Source: Candidatus Poribacteria bacterium (lineage in GTDB: Bacteria > Poribacteria > WGA-4E > WGA-3G). From it: 64,000 nucleotides of DNA. Shown piece after piece: positions 60,176 through 64,000 of this stretch; positions within the stretch are counted from its first letter, which is position 1, and each line of letters opens with the position of its first letter. The position numbers and the translations under genes are program-made. The stretch lies in the NCBI GenBank assembly GCA_965214095.1, contig OZ243938.1, positions 3,296,001-3,360,000 on the forward strand, given 5' to 3'. A model generated the notes under the pieces. It was not told the origin of the DNA, searched no databases, and worked only from the letters and a program-made list of their open reading frames with translations.

Positions 60176-61084
60176 ATGAAGAAAGTCTTTATCCAAATTG
60201 GACATGGTATTGTCGGTGCTGCTGTTATATCCTTTCTCTGTATCTGGCAGGCAGGCAGTTTCGGAGAAGCAAGACATACCATCAGCATTATCGGTGCTAT
60301 TGCTATTATCATCGCGAGTCTTTATCTCCTTCGAAGCCGATGGATACGTTGGGGTAGTCGACAGATATGGTTAAAATACCATCAACGTATAGCAGCTCTC
60401 GGTCTGTGTCTTGTGCTGTTCCATTCTGCATTTTATCCACTTGCATGGCATTCGTGGTTAACCTTTCTACTCGCTTTGTCAAATTTAGGCACAGGAATTG
60501 CTGTGAGTCTTACTTCACGAAAAGTGCGTCAAATACTGCTGAAGTGTCATCTCATCCTCGCGCCAATCCTAATAGTTTCTATCGTTTTTCACGGACAAGC
60601 GAAACTTGACCACGATGACTTCTTCCCGCTTACAGATGTACACGACGTGCCTTGTGCCAGATGCCATACTTCTGAACCATTACTTTTTCATTCAGATGCC
60701 ACAGGACAAATTGACTTGGACACATCCGAAACGATTCCAGAGGATCTACATTGGTGGTTTTTGCAGCATGATATAAAAATATCTCAAACTGCTAAAATTT
60801 TCACCAAGCAAATTGGCAATACTTGGCAAATAAAAGATTCTGAAAATCGGCGCAGCTACGATGTGGTGAAAAAGGATGAACAGCTTGCCCTCTACGCAGA
60901 CAATCCATACCGCAGCTATACTTGTATCACCTGTCACGAGCATAACACACCAGAAATCATTTCCGCACATGAACTACATGGCGTAAGCGATTTTCATAAA
61001 TGTCTTGTCTGCCATCAAACTGAAATAAACGGTGTCCTTTACGGTAGACAACGTATCAATTGGGAATATGATCCGAATTGGTAA
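60176..61084 (+). CDS. Membrane ferric-reductase/cytochrome b-like domain fused to triheme cytochrome c
   Basis: About 5 TM helices with two H-x13-H pairs; CARCH, CITCH, CLVCH heme c motifs. Confidence 0.8.
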   Translation: MKKVFIQIGHGIVGAAVISFLCIWQAGSFGEARHTISIIGAIAIIIASLYLLRSRWIRWGSRQIWLKYHQRIAALGLCLVLFHSAFYPLAWHSWLTFLLALSNLGTGIAVSLTSRKVRQILLKCHLILAPILIVSIVFHGQAKLDHDDFFPLTDVHDVPCARCHTSEPLLFHSDATGQIDLDTSETIPEDLHWWFLQHDIKISQTAKIFTKQIGNTWQIKDSENRRSYDVVKKDEQLALYADNPYRSYTCITCHEHNTPEIISAHELHGVSDFHKCLVCHQTEINGVLYGRQRINWEYDPNW

Positions 61085-61159
61085 ATTCTTTATAAAAATA
61101 AAATGGCTTGAATTCAGCACTATACTGAACCCAAGCCATAATCAGAATAGACTCTTACG

Positions 61160-61942
61160 CTATAGACGAGACTTGATGTTTCCCCAAGTTGTCGTGAGTT
61201 TACCAGAAGGTTTCACATCCAGAAATCCACCGTCTTTCACCTGATTTATCTCATCTTCCGATAGAGCGCGATTAAACAGATAATACTCGTCCAACAGTCC
61301 TTCATACCAACGATCATTTTTATGCTGTCCGATTCCTGCTGTGACACCCCATTCAGCCGACATTTTTCCGTTTCCTTTGCCTGAATGCGTCTCTTTCCCA
61401 TCAATATAGGTTTTTATATCACCACTATCGCTATCATAAGTTCCGGCAAAGTGAACCCACTTTTTCGCTTCAATCACTGGACCAGGATTAATTTGGAAAA
61501 CAGTTGTATTTGTTTCATCTCGGTGGAAAAACCTAACTCCTCCAGGCCTAATCTCTAAGTGATAGAGTCCACTTTCGTGTCCGTTTCCAATCGCATCAAG
61601 TAGTGTCTGCACGTCTTGTGTGCCAGTATGGTTGACCCAAACAGCAAGTGTGAATCCATCTTCCGGTCCGTTTTGGAATTCCGGACCATTCATATTAATC
61701 CACACCTGGGGTGCTAATGCGATAGCACTACCGCTGATACCTTTCTCCCATTTAGCAGCACCTTCCACCGTTCCATCATTACCGTTCAGTGAACCATCCT
61801 TAACAGTAGCATCTTCTTCATCAAAACTATAGTAAACAGATAAGGTCGGATCTTTTAGATCAGCTTGGGTTGAGAGCACACACGTTCCCAATATTACCGT
61901 AATAGTAAAAGCGAATTGAATAAATCTTATCATTATTGACAT
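61160..61942 (-). CDS. Secreted LamG-like jellyroll protein with Poribacteria-type C-terminal tag
   Basis: YYSFDE, D.S.NGNDG, FTLAVWV, WVHFAGTYD, LDEY.LFNRALS, VKPSGKLTTTWGNIK. Confidence 0.88.
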   Translation of the reverse strand: MSIMIRFIQFAFTITVILGTCVLSTQADLKDPTLSVYYSFDEEDATVKDGSLNGNDGTVEGAAKWEKGISGSAIALAPQVWINMNGPEFQNGPEDGFTLAVWVNHTGTQDVQTLLDAIGNGHESGLYHLEIRPGGVRFFHRDETNTTVFQINPGPVIEAKKWVHFAGTYDSDSGDIKTYIDGKETHSGKGNGKMSAEWGVTAGIGQHKNDRWYEGLLDEYYLFNRALSEDEINQVKDGGFLDVKPSGKLTTTWGNIKSRL

Positions 61943-62202
61943 ACAATCCTCCTATAAGTTAATTTTAGAATTTAAAATAATTGAATACCCAACGTAATTT
62001 GTAGGTAATCAATGTTCTTATTCACTATTTCATAACCTTTACATGAGTTTCTATGAGATAGGTTATGACTTGAATAACATATCAGATATTTCCTTTTTTC
62101 TCAAGAATATTTCAATAGTGGCAGGGTTATTTAGTTTTAGGATTTTTGTTCAATATGATTCACTAACGTTAAATTTTGTTATGGGTTTGTCCTCCTATTT
62201 GG

Positions 62203-62357
62203 CTGAACCAGGATTTTCAGGATGGACAGATTTCCAGGATTATGGGTTTGGCACTCCAAAGTTCCTATTTCCAGTTTGACGTTTATTCTCTGGATGGCAC
62301 TTTGATGTTTCAGAATCTTATCCGGGAAATCTGTCCATCCTGAAAATCCTGGTTCAG
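62203..62357. repeat. 38-bp inverted repeat pair with internal ~9-nt periodicity
   Basis: CTGAACCAGGATTTTCAGGATGGACAGATTTCCAGGAT (62203-62240) and its complement with one mismatch (62320-62357). Confidence 0.88.
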
Positions 62358-62830
62358 ACAAGAATCAATATATCCAATAAATTCAGTGATGAAACGATTC
62401 AGTGACTTAACAAAAAGTTAACCTAAACAATTACGAACCGCTTTTTGTGAACATAATTAACTTGCCCCTTCATCAAAAATTGTTTGTAATTTATAAAATA
62501 ACATATAAATTGTTTATTGTAAAATTTATTTTTACAAATTATGTGATATATATTAAAGTTTTTATAACGAGTTATGTCTGCTGACACTATGTTATATTGA
62601 TTGCACAACTATTTACGTTCTGCTATGAACATAGTATCCTGCTAAATCATTGCTAAACACTCTTTTGGTATTTAGCAAGACTACAGATCTGAAAACCACA
62701 TCTACGACCCTAGCAATTAGCGCGTGATTCTTTGTTTTAATAAAAACTTAAAGTTAATATAATAATTTTCTTTTGTAATAAATTATTATTTTGTGTTATT
62801 ATATATTTCAAAATGATTGAGGTTAATATT

Positions 62831-64000
62831 TTGGAATTTGTTCATCTACACAATCACAGTGAATATAGCATGCTTGATAGTGCGTGTCGTATACCCGATA
62901 TGATTCAGTGGACAGTTGAGAATAGTGCGCCGGCTGTTGCCCTCACCGACCATGGTAATATGTTCGGTGCATGGGATTTTTACACAACTGCAAAACAGGC
63001 TGGGATCAACCCTATTGTCGGGTGTGAGGTGTATGTTGCTCCAAGACACCGAAAAAAACAGCCGAAGAATCCAAAGAATTTATACCATCTAACATTGCTT
63101 GCCGAAGATGTGTCAGGCTATCACAATCTGATAAAGTTGGTATCTCTTGGTTACATTGAGGGTTTCTGTGAGAAGCCGTGTATTGATTTGGAAATGTTGC
63201 GTGAGCACCGGGACGGCATTATTGCTCTGACGGGTTGTATTCAGGGACAAATACCACAACTCCTCTGTTCAAATAGACAGATGGCAGCTGCTCAGCATTT
63301 TAAGACGTTTGTTGATATTATGTCTCCGCGGAATATTTACGTTGAGATCCAGAATCATTATACGGATAAGGAACTGAAAACATATCCGATGCTGGTTGAT
63401 TTAGCGCGCGAATTTGAAATACCGCTCGTTGCGACGAACAATTGCCATTACTTATCTAAATCCGACTACCGTATATGGCAAATACTTCTTTGTATCCAAA
63501 AAAAGAAAAGCATCAATGCTCCCGATAGGATACGGCGTGGGAATCACTATTATTTTAAAAGTAGAGATGAAATGCAAGTTGCATTCAGGAATTACCCGCC
63601 TGAAGCGATCAGCAACACTCTTCAAATTGCCCAAAGGTGTCAGCTGAATCTGGATTACGGCAAGAGTGTGATGCCGAATTACGAGGTGCCTGATGGATAC
63701 ACTGATGACAGCTACCTCAAGGAGTTGTGCTACAAAGGGTTGCAAGAGAAGATGGGTGGAGAACTCACATCAGCTGTGCGAACGCGTTTGGATTATGAGC
63801 TTGAAACAATTCGCAAAACAGGATATGCCGGTTATTTTTTGATTGTGTGGGACTACATTGACTACGCAAACAAACAAGGATACCCACTTTCCACAAGGGG
63901 ATCCGCTGCAAGCAGCCTTGCCCTTTACGCACTCGGTGTAAATTCTTTCAATCCAATGGACCACGGTTGCATGTTTGAAAGGTTTTTGAACACTGAGCGA
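62831..64000 (+). CDS. dnaE: DNA polymerase III alpha subunit (PHP domain and start of palm); runs off window end
   Basis: Not in ORF track. TTG start, FVHLHNHSEYSMLD, ALTDHGNMFG, PIVGCEVY, GYFLIVWD, RGSA, FERFLN. Confidence 0.93.
   Translation, partial: MEFVHLHNHSEYSMLDSACRIPDMIQWTVENSAPAVALTDHGNMFGAWDFYTTAKQAGINPIVGCEVYVAPRHRKKQPKNPKNLYHLTLLAEDVSGYHNLIKLVSLGYIEGFCEKPCIDLEMLREHRDGIIALTGCIQGQIPQLLCSNRQMAAAQHFKTFVDIMSPRNIYVEIQNHYTDKELKTYPMLVDLAREFEIPLVATNNCHYLSKSDYRIWQILLCIQKKKSINAPDRIRRGNHYYFKSRDEMQVAFRNYPPEAISNTLQIAQRCQLNLDYGKSVMPNYEVPDGYTDDSYLKELCYKGLQEKMGGELTSAVRTRLDYELETIRKTGYAGYFLIVWDYIDYANKQGYPLSTRGSAASSLALYALGVNSFNPMDHGCMFERFLNTER

Noticed and set aside
62043-62361. Two opposing ORFs sharing EPGFSGWTDF
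   Set aside because: The shared peptide is a by-product of the DNA inverted repeat.

Overview
Core chromosomal window from a bacterium that is very probably Candidatus Poribacteria (inferred from the C-terminal 'V-x-P-x-x-KLTTTWG-x-I-K' tag on the LamG protein at 61160-61942). Left arm (minus strand): tRNA cluster (all four Ser isoacceptors, Arg-ACG, Ala-CGC), tadA, large Alu-type SRP RNA, dnaX-ybaB-recR, M28 peptidase, mnmG-rsmG and a STAS / histidine kinase / REC-PP2C module. 13-24.5 kb is an accessory, defence-like region: three toxin-antitoxin pairs, two with the antitoxin fused to TPR or FRG-TPR domains, a PD-(D/E)xK nuclease with two Mrr-N winged helices, and an apparently dead BsaWI-family protein. 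Inositol genes, an ABC pair and dut-thyA-folA follow; thyA and folA are split by an ORF-less IS200/IS605-ended structured element with its own promoter, a REP-carrying MITE and three paralogous unknown lipoproteins. 38.7-58 kb is the str-S10-spc-alpha superoperon. It lacks rpmD/adk/map/infA, has long structured spacers and many UUG/GUG starts, and carries substitutions at classic antibiotic/accuracy sites (S12 K42N+P90S+G91N, S5 loop 2, S10 loop, EF-Tu). The right end holds a FadL-like barrel with a lipoprotein, a b-type membrane/triheme c fusion, the LamG protein and the start of dnaE. All calls were made by eye; no searches or folding programs were run.
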